A DNA stretch of 64,000 bases from a virus: IMG/VR virus record IMGVR_UViG_3300033233_000033, positions 5,351 to 69,350 of that record, one strand, 5' to 3'. Below, piece by piece: positions 41,144-50,959 of this stretch. The position numbers were made by a program, and so were the translations under genes. Every line of letters starts with the position of its first letter. The first letter of the stretch is position 1. The notes under the pieces were generated by a model. That model did no database searches. It had not been told where the DNA came from and saw only the letters and a list, made by a program, of their open reading frames with translations.

Positions 41144-43301
41144 TTACTCTACTACTGGCTGTAATATCAACGGATATGCTAATATTACTTTGTAAGTGCC
41201 TGGTATATCAGGGCACTTATGAATCTCCGTCTCCGGAGTCAGTGCATCAAAAAATTGACGATATGTCAAATGATGCAACTTTGGACCTGATTCGAAAATC
41301 ATTAGATCGCATCCTTTGTTTATTTCTTCATCGTAAGAGGCATCCTCTAACACCTCCATGAGGTGTACAATTGAACCTACTACAAATTCATCAGGTAATA
41401 CCTGCATAAACACTCTTCTTTTGTTTAAAGTAATCATGGCGTTTGTTTTTATTGGTTATATTTACTAATTTTATCTTTTTCCAAATTTACCTTGAGTCTT
41501 TCCGTGAGAATCTCAGTAGAAAGAGCAAACCCTGGTAAATTTGCACTCAACCTGCCATCTTCTCTCATAATAGCGGTTACACCAGAGTTCGTTATTTTCA
41601 TACCAGCTGGGAGTTCTCCCTTAGCTACCCTGAGCAGAATTGCTCTAGCTTCGTACTCATTAAATATGAATCTACCTACTCTGAATTTTGGTGCTGCTAT
41701 TGCACCTGTTAAATCTTGTCTTTTCATGGTGTTTTATTTAATTAATTATTATTATTTATTTTATAGTATACTTAGTATAAATTCATCAGTAGGAAATTCT
41801 TGTGAAAAAGTCCTTGGTTGACCTTCTATTCTAAGAAAGAAAGATCTACCGCCATATGACTCAATTACCACATTTGGTATTTTGGGGAAAATAACCCAAG
41901 GGGAATCTTCACAATACGTTACGTTGTTGATTATTCTCTTATTTCTCTTCATTGGATAGGTAGAAGCTAACGTCAATATATAATCGTCGTTTACATAATT
42001 ACCATTATCGTCTATTTGTTCATAAAAGAATAATGAACCGCATATTACTTTTAAATATCTTGGTTTTTGTAATTCCTGAACTCCCTCATAATTTGAGGTA
42101 ATAGCCGCAACCATTTCTTCTGATAACGGTATATGATCACAATCATTAACTGAATGGTTATACCTACTTATAGATTTGTAGTATCTACACTTATAATTTA
42201 CTTGTAAAAATATTATAGACTTGGAATAGCTGTCATTTCGATTTGCTGTTGTTGAAGGCAATGTGTTTACATCCTTCACAAGTAAGCAAAAGATATCTAA
42301 TCCTAATGCTCTGTAATCAAAATCCTGGAAAGTGCACGGCAACTCGCCGTTTCTGTAATATTTTTTCATCGCTTTTATTTCGCGGTGATCGGTTATTATT
42401 TGATAGCCTTCTTTTCTAGCTACTTCTAACGGGTCTAAAATTTCTTTAGGTTTTGGTGTTAAAATCAAACCTAAAAAGGTTTTAGCTAATTCAATAGTGT
42501 GATTGATACACCATTGATCAGACAAAGCTTTATCTAAGCATTTCCTTGTAAAAGCTAAATTTTGGAAAAAATCTATTAACATATCTACGTCTACTTGATG
42601 CGCAAACTCAAATGTCTTTAGAATTTTGTCCGCAAGGCTTTCACCAAACTTCTTCTTCAGCTTTTTTCTAATTTCTACTCTACTTATTGGAGTAGTTAAC
42701 ACTGCTGTTTCCATTTTTTAATTTTTTTGTAGTTTAAAGTTTCTGAACAACCTATCGAAAGTTTCATCTTCAATTGACACTCTTTCCTCTATGAGCTCTA
42801 TAGAAGTAATATTCTTTTGGCTTTTTTTACAAGCAGAATTATTTAATCTGTCTGCAAAAGTTTCAGTTTTGTTTACCCACATAGCTGAAGAGTGCCCATC
42901 TTCGTAATGGATATAATACAATTTGTTCATGGCTTTTATATTTATTTATTAATAATCAAGGCTTTCACTAAGCTATTGTGCCTTGTATTTCCCATACAGC
43001 TCTGGGTAATTACCTAGTCTACAATGTACTTGTAGTTAGGATCTTGGACATTGAAGTCCAAAGAGTCAATCCATTGACCCTCTCTAAGTGCCTCATCTAA
43101 CACGGAGCATGGCACCAGACCACCTCCTAGTGATAAATTCCATATCAGATCTAAATCTGAGTGAGAATCCACCTGTAAGAAAATGGCACCTCCTGTGCCT
43201 AGCTTGAGGTCTACTAATAAGATACCTGTCGCTCCAGGTTTGTTGATAAGCTCAATGCTGAAACATTCAACAATTAGTTTGTTCGGGAATAAACTTGTCA
43301 T
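41144..43301 (-). other. Five hypothetical early-region ORFs (41144, 41449, 41761, 42718, 43014)
   Basis: Co-oriented ORFs, most with (A/G)CCATG starts. Confidence 0.65.
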
Positions 43302-43828
43302 GGTGTATTGTGATGCGTTTAACCTATACTACGCTAATCAAAGGTAATTGCATTAAATAAAGTGTGAACCAGGCGCACACAACACGCACAAGCCGGAGCC
43401 CGACCAAGGCAGACGCAGTCTAGCCGAACTGATTTGATTCCGATTCGATTTGTAACTAGTAAGCAGCAAGGCCACCACCAGCAGGACAGGCAGCAAGGCC
43501 CAGCAAGACTAAAAAGCCAAACCGACCCCCCAGCCACGCAGGAGACAACAACCCCCCAACGAGCAGCAAAACGCCACAACGTAGACCGAAACCCCGGCGA
43601 CGAACCAGCGGGGCCCATATAGACTAAGGCTCCCACTACCCGTATTTTTCAATATACATATTCTACTCCCTCTATTTCTACTCCCCCCCCTTTTGTATAC
43701 AACTTCCACTTTTCTACTCCTCACCTTCTCTCACAAACACGGGGGGCCTTTTCTACAGGTACCCATATATATATAAACAGTGCGGGTTTTTACTCTACTT
43801 TTACACTCTTTATACTTAACTTCACACT

Positions 43829-44206
43829 ATGATATTATATACAGAGAGAATAGAGGACAATACTTATGAGTATCCATCTTACGAACATAAACATCACTTG
43901 TTATTAGAAGAAAGTGATTTTGCTCTTACAGCTGAGGAAGTAGATAGTAGATTTACTATAGGTGAAAGGGTACATTATCTTTACATACCTAGAGCTTTAT
44001 TTATACGTTTTGTAGAAGAGCCACACGTGTTTAAGGGGTTGAAATATCGAACTACAGGTATGATGGGTGGCCAAATCTGGAATGCGCAAATACATATTAC
44101 CTACACTACCAAACCTAAAGATGCTCTAGAAAAAATATTTGGTGTAGGTAGGGAGTTAGTAGAAAATAGAGTTCCGGAATCTTTACGCCATATAAAAATC
44201 CAGTAA
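43829..44206 (+). CDS. Hypothetical protein, first gene of the plus-strand arm
   Basis: Begins MILYT. Confidence 0.6.
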   Translation: MILYTERIEDNTYEYPSYEHKHHLLLEESDFALTAEEVDSRFTIGERVHYLYIPRALFIRFVEEPHVFKGLKYRTTGMMGGQIWNAQIHITYTTKPKDALEKIFGVGRELVENRVPESLRHIKIQ

Positions 44207-44318
44207 AAAAATTTACTCCACATTTACATCTACTTTTATCATATTTCTACCACACACAAAGATATATACCCGACAAGGTAGTCCCTGGAAACGGGGGCGT
44301 GTCGGATAAAAAGATTTT

Positions 44319-44810
44319 ATGGCATTACTATACACATATCAAAAAGGAGGATTACTATACAAGCACCCTGTAATTTACGTGTCTAAAAATACAGAGCGTA
44401 GTTATTACAGCCCTGTAGAAAAAGCTATGCATTTATCTGAAAATGATGCAAAAAATAAAGAAGTCCTAGCCCACGAGTATATACATTATTTACAAGATAT
44501 ATCTGGGGATATGCATGTTCCGCAAGGAGGGCCAGTAAAAGTTCCCACTATTCCTATGGCAGATGAAGCTTCAGCTTACTATTACAACCGTAGAGGTATG
44601 GAAGTTCAAGATCGTATAAATTATATTAAGGGTTTACCTACTGAATTTAAATTTGTACCTGAAGATGTGATCTATGATAGAGAAGTAGATGGTATGATGT
44701 ATAGTGAGCCTAATACTATTGAAGGGCAAGCCCAACACGCGCAAAAAAATGTATCAGAAAATAATCCTATGTTTAAGGAATTTTACAATACTTTTATAAA
44801 ACGTAAATAA
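44319..44810 (+). CDS. Tagged protein with zincin-like HExxH motif
   Basis: MALLYTYQKGGLLYK; VLAHEYIHYLQ...TIEGQA. Confidence 0.7.
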   Translation: MALLYTYQKGGLLYKHPVIYVSKNTERSYYSPVEKAMHLSENDAKNKEVLAHEYIHYLQDISGDMHVPQGGPVKVPTIPMADEASAYYYNRRGMEVQDRINYIKGLPTEFKFVPEDVIYDREVDGMMYSEPNTIEGQAQHAQKNVSENNPMFKEFYNTFIKRK

Positions 44811-44811
44811 T

Positions 44812-45480
44812 ATGCTATTATACAAATACAAAGACGGGGATAAGTTAAAGGAGGAAAAAAATGTATTGACTTCTGAGGAATTCTTGGCTATAAAAGCAAA
44901 AGAAGAGCAACCTTCTATTGTAAGTAGAAAAAAAGTAAATATGTTTCCTACAGGGGTAGCTCCTTACCAAGGCAGTAAGACTTATAGTTACGGATTTAGT
45001 ACGCCTGGAGGCAATGCAAGTGGAGTAGGTTATAATGTAAATGATAAATTGGATTTAGGTCTACTTACTATGGAATCTAGTGGTGAGGGAGATCCCGACC
45101 AACCTTGGCAATTACCTCTACACAAACAATATATGTTTATGCCTAGTGCATCTTATAAATTGCCTGGTAAAAGCGGTAGTATAGGTTTAAATAAGTTGGC
45201 TTTTTTGAATGAAGGGGCTCCTAATAGCTTTTATAATTTTAGTTTACCAGATACATCTGTTGTATATTCTAACAATTTCAATAAAAAAATTAACGATAAT
45301 CTTTCTTTGGGCGGTAATGGCTCAATTGCTATTAGTGATAAAAACAGAATGTATAATGGCTCTTTAAATGCTGATTTAGTATTTAAAAAATTAGGGTTAG
45401 AAGGTTCCGTATTTGTTAGTAAAAGAAATGAAGATAAACCTTTTGTAGGAGTAGAAGGTAAAATAAAATATAATTTTTAG
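44812..45480 (+). CDS. Tagged protein with beta-barrel-like C-terminal region
   Basis: MLLYKYKDG; amphipathic Gly-rich strands ending VGVEGKIKYNF. Confidence 0.6.
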   Translation: MLLYKYKDGDKLKEEKNVLTSEEFLAIKAKEEQPSIVSRKKVNMFPTGVAPYQGSKTYSYGFSTPGGNASGVGYNVNDKLDLGLLTMESSGEGDPDQPWQLPLHKQYMFMPSASYKLPGKSGSIGLNKLAFLNEGAPNSFYNFSLPDTSVVYSNNFNKKINDNLSLGGNGSIAISDKNRMYNGSLNADLVFKKLGLEGSVFVSKRNEDKPFVGVEGKIKYNF

Positions 45481-45483
45481 AGT

Positions 45484-46209
45484 ATGTTGCTATACAAATA
45501 CCAAAAAGGAAATAAATTAACTGGTTCTACAGATGGTTTTAAAAAGCGTCTTATGAAAAGGTATCCAGGTATGCAAGGTGTATATGGAGAAAAAGGAGAG
45601 AATTTAAATATTATAAAAGATCCTACCTACGACGCAGCTGCTCATGGTTTTGGAAATATTGAATTTATGTTCCCTGGCCAAGATGTTGTAAGATATTCTG
45701 ATGATTTTCAATATGTTAACCCTACACCTGATGTATATACAAGTGTATACAATCCTAAGGGAGCTAATAAAGGAGATGTATTTTTAGATATGATGCATGG
45801 TATGCGTGATGATGAAGGTTATCAAAAATTATTAGGTAATTTTGTTGCAGCTACTAAAAAAGGTAGAGGTAAAGATATGGATCATTGGTATAACGAAGAT
45901 GCAAAAAGAAATCCAAATTTTGTAATGGATGGTAGAGAATCTTGGGATAATAATTTTGTAGACGGAATTTTAAGAGCTGAACTAGCTAATAAAACTTTTG
46001 GTAGAAGAGCCCATGGAGCTAAAGATTATAAGTTGGAGAGATCAGGGTCTACAGATGAGATGCGGGAAGCTGCAAAAGACATAAAAAAATATTTAAAAAC
46101 TAAACAACCAAAAACATCTAGTGAATTACCAGCTCACCTAAAAGAATATTCAGAATTACCTACAGATCAAATACGTGGTCTGAAAAAAGGTGGAGTATTA
46201 TATAAATAA
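45484..46209 (+). CDS. Tagged hypothetical protein
   Basis: MLLYKYQKG at the N-terminus and KKGGVLYK at the C-terminus. Confidence 0.75.
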   Translation: MLLYKYQKGNKLTGSTDGFKKRLMKRYPGMQGVYGEKGENLNIIKDPTYDAAAHGFGNIEFMFPGQDVVRYSDDFQYVNPTPDVYTSVYNPKGANKGDVFLDMMHGMRDDEGYQKLLGNFVAATKKGRGKDMDHWYNEDAKRNPNFVMDGRESWDNNFVDGILRAELANKTFGRRAHGAKDYKLERSGSTDEMREAAKDIKKYLKTKQPKTSSELPAHLKEYSELPTDQIRGLKKGGVLYK

Positions 46210-46466
46210 TGTATACAATATATTGCATATCATCAGTAGCTACTAACTTTTTCTACCTGAATGCGGCGGAAGATTATGAAGCGTGTGTAAGTATGCATAA
46301 TAAAATGCTCTTAACTAATAAACACCCTATAAGAGATCTACAAAAAATTTACAATGCTCATGGTGCACATGATATATACTATACACCTTTAGATGATACA
46401 ATCATGGCCAAAAATAAAGATAGTATGGTATTAGCGTACCGCGCGGCTATGAGTCGGGGAAATTAA
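46209..46466 (+). CDS. Degenerate GIY-YIG-like small protein
   Basis: TIYCI......YL...H...L..NKHP...LQ..YN.HG pattern; the catalytic Arg is absent. Confidence 0.45.
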   Translation: MYTIYCISSVATNFFYLNAAEDYEACVSMHNKMLLTNKHPIRDLQKIYNAHGAHDIYYTPLDDTIMAKNKDSMVLAYRAAMSRGN

Positions 46467-46525
46467 TTTCCCTTCCACTTACAAAACATTTTGATAACCT
46501 TTGGGAATTAATAACCCAGAAAGTC

Positions 46526-46894
46526 ATGATTTTATATAAATATCAAAACGGAGACACGCTTACCGTTAGGAAATTTCCTACACCACCTGCTTCATCCATA
46601 GGAGTTGGGATTAATACATTAGGCAATGCAGCCCATCTAGCTTCTATAGCTGAAGAAAGAGCAAAAGCAAGAGCAAAAAAAGATTTATATTCTGCTCGTA
46701 ATTTAAGAGTAGCAGCACCAGCACCAAATACAGCTGTGTCTATAGCTGATCAAAATGCAATGATGAATAAAGCTTTGTCTAATGATGCAGATAATTTACG
46801 AGGTTATGCTGGAACACAAAATAATGCAATGCCTGCCCGTCATCCTAATTATTATTCATCAGATGCTATTATGAATATTTTAAAAAGCAAATAA
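46526..46894 (+). CDS. Tagged hypothetical protein
   Basis: MILYKYQNG. Confidence 0.7.
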   Translation: MILYKYQNGDTLTVRKFPTPPASSIGVGINTLGNAAHLASIAEERAKARAKKDLYSARNLRVAAPAPNTAVSIADQNAMMNKALSNDADNLRGYAGTQNNAMPARHPNYYSSDAIMNILKSK

Positions 46895-46908
46895 AAAAAA
46901 TAAATACT

Positions 46909-47070
46909 ATGTTATTATACAGTAAAAAACCTAGCAAAGCTGTTAAGAAGGCAGCAAAGTTAGCATCTAGTGAAAAACAAACTTACACTGATACTTACTC
47001 AGATCGTTTAGCAAAATTGGCTGCTTATAATCCTGGACGTAAAGGCTTAGAAGATTACATTAAAAAATAA
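46909..47070 (+). CDS. 53-aa tagged basic peptide (not in the ORF track)
   Basis: MLLYSKKPSKAVKKAAK...GLEDYIKK; fills the intergenic gap exactly. Confidence 0.65.
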   Translation: MLLYSKKPSKAVKKAAKLASSEKQTYTDTYSDRLAKLAAYNPGRKGLEDYIKK

Positions 47071-47075
47071 GCACT

Positions 47076-47828
47076 ATGCAAGTTAGTAGTAGATACACAC
47101 AAAAATTTGGTAAAGGTAAATCTTTAAAACCTAAGGCTTTAAAGTACCAAAAAGGAGCAACGCTTCAAGCTGGTGCCGGAGTACGAGGATTAAATCTTGA
47201 GTATACAACTCCCAGTCGTAAAGTTGATGACGATAGTTGGAGCTCAAAATATGGTTTAACTATCCCCATGTCTAAAGACCAAAAATTTGCTGCTTCTGCT
47301 ACTGGAATGTGGGGAGGCCAAGGTGCAGGAGTTAAAGGCATAGGTGAATTATCTTATATTGAAGGTCAAGGTTTAAAAGGTCGTATTGATGCAGGATATA
47401 CAATGCAACTTGGTAAAGATAAATTACGCACAGGAAAAGGGAAATTACAAGTAACACCTTATGTAGGCGCACAACCAAATCTTAATGCTTTTGCTGATGA
47501 ATTTCTAGAAAAAGACGTAGATAGTGAATTAGGTAGTAGAGATTATAATAATAATAAACGCGGAGATCTTCACGGAGGTTTAAAAATTGAAGGCGAATAT
47601 AAACCTTCAAAATATCCTTTGTACCTTTATGGGAAAGGTCAAGCTGAAATCTCTACTAAAGGGCCTCAAGAAGACAACCACGGAGAGATACGTCACGGTT
47701 CTTTATCTGACCCAAATATTAATTTTAATGCAGAAGCCGGTATAAGATACAAACTTGGTGAAAAAACTGAACGAGGCAGAATTAAAAAACGTTTTGCTGA
47801 CGGCGGAATTTTACTATACAAAAAATAA
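47076..47828 (+). CDS. Tagged Gly-rich beta-strand (barrel-like) protein
   Basis: LKYQKG near the N-terminus; FADGGILLYKK at the C-terminus; alternating strands such as NFNAEAGIRYKL. Confidence 0.65.
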   Translation: MQVSSRYTQKFGKGKSLKPKALKYQKGATLQAGAGVRGLNLEYTTPSRKVDDDSWSSKYGLTIPMSKDQKFAASATGMWGGQGAGVKGIGELSYIEGQGLKGRIDAGYTMQLGKDKLRTGKGKLQVTPYVGAQPNLNAFADEFLEKDVDSELGSRDYNNNKRGDLHGGLKIEGEYKPSKYPLYLYGKGQAEISTKGPQEDNHGEIRHGSLSDPNINFNAEAGIRYKLGEKTERGRIKKRFADGGILLYKK

Positions 47829-47834
47829 AATACT

Positions 47835-48602
47835 ATGGGCAATATAAAAGGAATATTAAGTACTAATGTAGATCAAACAGGTAATCTTACAACTCCTAGT
47901 ATACAATATACTAGCCCTAGTTGGAAAATGGCTGGCCATCAAGGTGGTAAAGCAGGCCAATATACTTTTACAGGTAATTTAGGATACAATGACAAAGGCT
48001 TAAGTGCTGGGATTGGTCTTACAAATGCAGGAAAAGTAAACAAATTTATATCTGATGAAGTAAATACAAACCTTACTTATAATGGTAACCAAGGTGCTGC
48101 ACTTAGTGCTAAGGCAGGTTTAAATTTCAATGTGCTTAAATCACCTATGAAGCGCGCTGGAGATACTAGTTTAAGTATTAGTCCTTATTTAGGAATGACA
48201 GCTACTAGTAGATCTATTGCTGAAGGTGGTGGTCACAATTTAAATAACCAATATACTCCAAGTGGGCAAACTAGAAGTTTAGTAGAAACAGGAGGAGATG
48301 TTAAATTTAAGACAATGCTGTCTAAAAATTTAAGTTTAGGGGCTCAAGCAGGTTTAGGAATTTCTGGCACAGGCTTTACTGGTACTGGGGATGATATGGT
48401 AAGAAATGCTGGAGATTATGGCACAAATTTAAGAGTTATGCCTAATGCTAGTGTAAGTTTAAATTATAACCTTGCTGGGGTAAAAAACCTTTTATACAAA
48501 AAACCTTCACCGTCAAATTCAAGACCAAGACCACAAGGCATTCCTGAATCTACAAAAGATCAAGCTGGAACAACAATTACACCACGATCTAGACCTTTCT
48601 AA
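47835..48602 (+). CDS. Gly-rich beta-strand (barrel-like) protein related to 47076
   Basis: QYTSPS/EYTTPS, ISPYLG/VTPYVG, NASVSLNYNL followed by LLYKK. Confidence 0.65.
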   Translation: MGNIKGILSTNVDQTGNLTTPSIQYTSPSWKMAGHQGGKAGQYTFTGNLGYNDKGLSAGIGLTNAGKVNKFISDEVNTNLTYNGNQGAALSAKAGLNFNVLKSPMKRAGDTSLSISPYLGMTATSRSIAEGGGHNLNNQYTPSGQTRSLVETGGDVKFKTMLSKNLSLGAQAGLGISGTGFTGTGDDMVRNAGDYGTNLRVMPNASVSLNYNLAGVKNLLYKKPSPSNSRPRPQGIPESTKDQAGTTITPRSRPF

Positions 48603-48603
48603 T

Positions 48604-49260
48604 ATGGATGCAAAACAAGTTTTAAATAAATTGCGTAAGCATTTAGGGGAATATTCTCACGGGAATTTCCCTACTACTGCGCCTTTATCTTTTCAAGATG
48701 GAGGAGAAGTTGTAATAAGTGCAGCTGATAGAATGAATTCTTTAGTGCAAAACCAAAAATTTAAAGAAAGCTTCGCAGAAAGAACTAAAAATGTTAATGA
48801 GTCTTTTAAAAAAATGCTTCCTGAAGAGGTCAAAAAAATTGCAGGTCAAAAAGCAGTCAAAGCGTTTAATGAAAAATTTAAACCAGGGCCTTTATATTTA
48901 CCAAAAACTCTAGAAAGTAATAGAAGGGGAGGTATGTTATTATATAAAAAAGGCGGGACACTTAAATCTAGAATAGAATGCCATAACCCAAAATGTAATC
49001 ATGATTGGGATAGAAAAGATGGTGGAGATGATATGTATATTTGCCATGAATGTGGTACAGACAATACAAAGTTTTACGGGAAAGGCGGATCTATCCATAT
49101 AGATAAAAATAAAAGAGGTACCTTTACAGCAGCAGCTACTAAACACAATAAAAGTGTGCAAGGATTTGCTAAACAAGTTTTAGCTAATAAAGAAAATTAT
49201 AGTCCTGCTATGGTTAAAAAAGCTAATTTTGCGCGCAACGCAAGTAAATGGAAACATTGA
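48604..49260 (+). CDS. Modular tagged protein with Zn-ribbon and crAss-like basic C-terminal domain
   Basis: FQDGG, RRGGMLLYKKGG, CHNPKC...CHECG, GGSIHI...RGTFT...KKANFARNASKWKH. Confidence 0.7.
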   Translation: MDAKQVLNKLRKHLGEYSHGNFPTTAPLSFQDGGEVVISAADRMNSLVQNQKFKESFAERTKNVNESFKKMLPEEVKKIAGQKAVKAFNEKFKPGPLYLPKTLESNRRGGMLLYKKGGTLKSRIECHNPKCNHDWDRKDGGDDMYICHECGTDNTKFYGKGGSIHIDKNKRGTFTAAATKHNKSVQGFAKQVLANKENYSPAMVKKANFARNASKWKH

Positions 49261-49264
49261 TAAT

Positions 49265-49450
49265 ATGGATTTAGACGATTTACACGACATGGAAGATACT
49301 TTTGAAGTATTTTCTGATGAAAAGAAAGAGCTGAAAACGGCTCAAATTGAAAATGAAAAAATTGAAAATAACGGATTAACCTCTGCAAAACGTATTACAC
49401 CTAGTAATGATGTAGATGTAGATAGTAGATGGAGTAAGTTTCAAATGTAA
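49265..49450 (+). CDS. Small acidic protein
   Basis: MDLDDLHDMEDTFE; ATG at 49265. Confidence 0.55.
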   Translation: MDLDDLHDMEDTFEVFSDEKKELKTAQIENEKIENNGLTSAKRITPSNDVDVDSRWSKFQM

Positions 49451-49455
49451 ATTTT

Positions 49456-50958
49456 ATGATTTTAACTGACTATAATAAGCCTATTAAGCCAAGACCAATG
49501 AATAGTGGTACTATGACTTATAAACCTGTTCTAACGGATATTGAAAGAAGAGCAATAAACGACGACCCTAATAGATTTTCTGGTGATATATTTATAGGAA
49601 ATGCAAAAGAATGCGCGGGAGATGCTTGTAAAAATTTAGCCCCTGTAGTTGGTTTAGCTGGTAGAAAAAATATTTACCAAATTCTTGCTGAAAATGAAAA
49701 AGCTGGTAAATTTCAAAATGTATCTAGAGATATATTTGGTGAGGGCCTTACTAGTTCTTGGCACAGCGCAGGAATTTTTACAGACGCAGGAGCTGCAAAT
49801 ATTTTGTATAATGCAAAAGTAAATAAACCTGAAGAATTAAACAATGCTTTGAGTAGAGCCAATGTTGGGTCTGTAGTATTGTTAGGTACTGATATTCCAG
49901 CTTTACAAAGAAACTCTGAAGGTTATTCATCTAAAAAAGGATTTTTTCCGTCTAACCATACAGTTATGGTTTACGGTTATAAGCCTACTGGTGAACTATT
50001 ATTTATGGATGGTTATGACAAACAAATTTATGACATCAATGATTTAAATAATCGTTGGAGCGGTAAATATAAAATACAAACTATATATACACCTAAAGAA
50101 TATGTAGGCTTAAATAAAGGCTATATGGAGGATGTGTATAATAATAAATTAATTTCAAGCTCAAAGGCTTTAAGTTTAGATGATAATAAACCAGTAAAAG
50201 CAGATGATAAAATTTATTATAATTCTGCTAAGTACTTTAAAAACTTAGAAGCTACAGGTAAAGAATTTCATAAAGGGGACATGGCTGTTTTCTTTAGATC
50301 ACTACATGATCACGCTCCAGAAATAGCAAAAGACTTATATTTAAATAATAATGACTATACTAGATTAGCTAACTTAGCTGCCTCTATTGCTATAAAAGAA
50401 ACTAAAGGTGGTAAAAGCACACATGGATTTTTTAATGAAATTGCTGAAGCTCATGGTGATAGTAAAGGTTTAACCCAAATTAAGTGGGAAGCTTTATCTC
50501 CAGAAATACAAAGCGTATTATATAAGAAATTTGCTATTGCAAGTGATTATGATTTACGTGTAAGCCCAGAAAAATCTGCTATTGCAACTATGTATCATCT
50601 TGGTGAATTAATAAACCAAGTTAATTCCAATTACGAAAAAGGCGTAGATAAGAAAACTTATATTGATAGTCGTACACGTGGATTAACAGAAGTAACAAAA
50701 AGAAAATTAAGAGGCCAAAAAGCAGATTGGAATGTAGAGGCCTATACTACTGAGGGTAATGCTCCTTTAAGTATTGAACAAAAATTATTATATGGTTGGG
50801 GAGGTTTACACCGTTTAAAAACTGGTGACGCTCAAGGTAAAAATGAATATATAAAAGATGTATTGCATAGTTACAAAAACTTAAACTTAGGTAAGCCAGA
50901 AACACTTATTAGTGTTGTTAAGAAAGGTAAAGGTATAATTTATAAAAAGAAAAAATAA
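49456..50958 (+). CDS. Putative cell-wall hydrolase: papain/NlpC-like Cys peptidase plus lysozyme-like domain
   Basis: ECAG...NHTVMVYG...MDG; IAIKETKGG...SKGLTQI...PEKSAIAT; C-terminal KKGKGIIYKK. Confidence 0.6.
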   Translation: MILTDYNKPIKPRPMNSGTMTYKPVLTDIERRAINDDPNRFSGDIFIGNAKECAGDACKNLAPVVGLAGRKNIYQILAENEKAGKFQNVSRDIFGEGLTSSWHSAGIFTDAGAANILYNAKVNKPEELNNALSRANVGSVVLLGTDIPALQRNSEGYSSKKGFFPSNHTVMVYGYKPTGELLFMDGYDKQIYDINDLNNRWSGKYKIQTIYTPKEYVGLNKGYMEDVYNNKLISSSKALSLDDNKPVKADDKIYYNSAKYFKNLEATGKEFHKGDMAVFFRSLHDHAPEIAKDLYLNNNDYTRLANLAASIAIKETKGGKSTHGFFNEIAEAHGDSKGLTQIKWEALSPEIQSVLYKKFAIASDYDLRVSPEKSAIATMYHLGELINQVNSNYEKGVDKKTYIDSRTRGLTEVTKRKLRGQKADWNVEAYTTEGNAPLSIEQKLLYGWGGLHRLKTGDAQGKNEYIKDVLHSYKNLNLGKPETLISVVKKGKGIIYKKKK

Positions 50959-50959
50959 A

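Noticed and set aside
43334-43724. ORFs 43334..43636, 43434..43622 and 43509..43724
   Set aside because: Open frames are expected in a tract lacking T on one strand and A on the other, and the composition is unlike any other gene here. Not called as CDS, though translation cannot be excluded.
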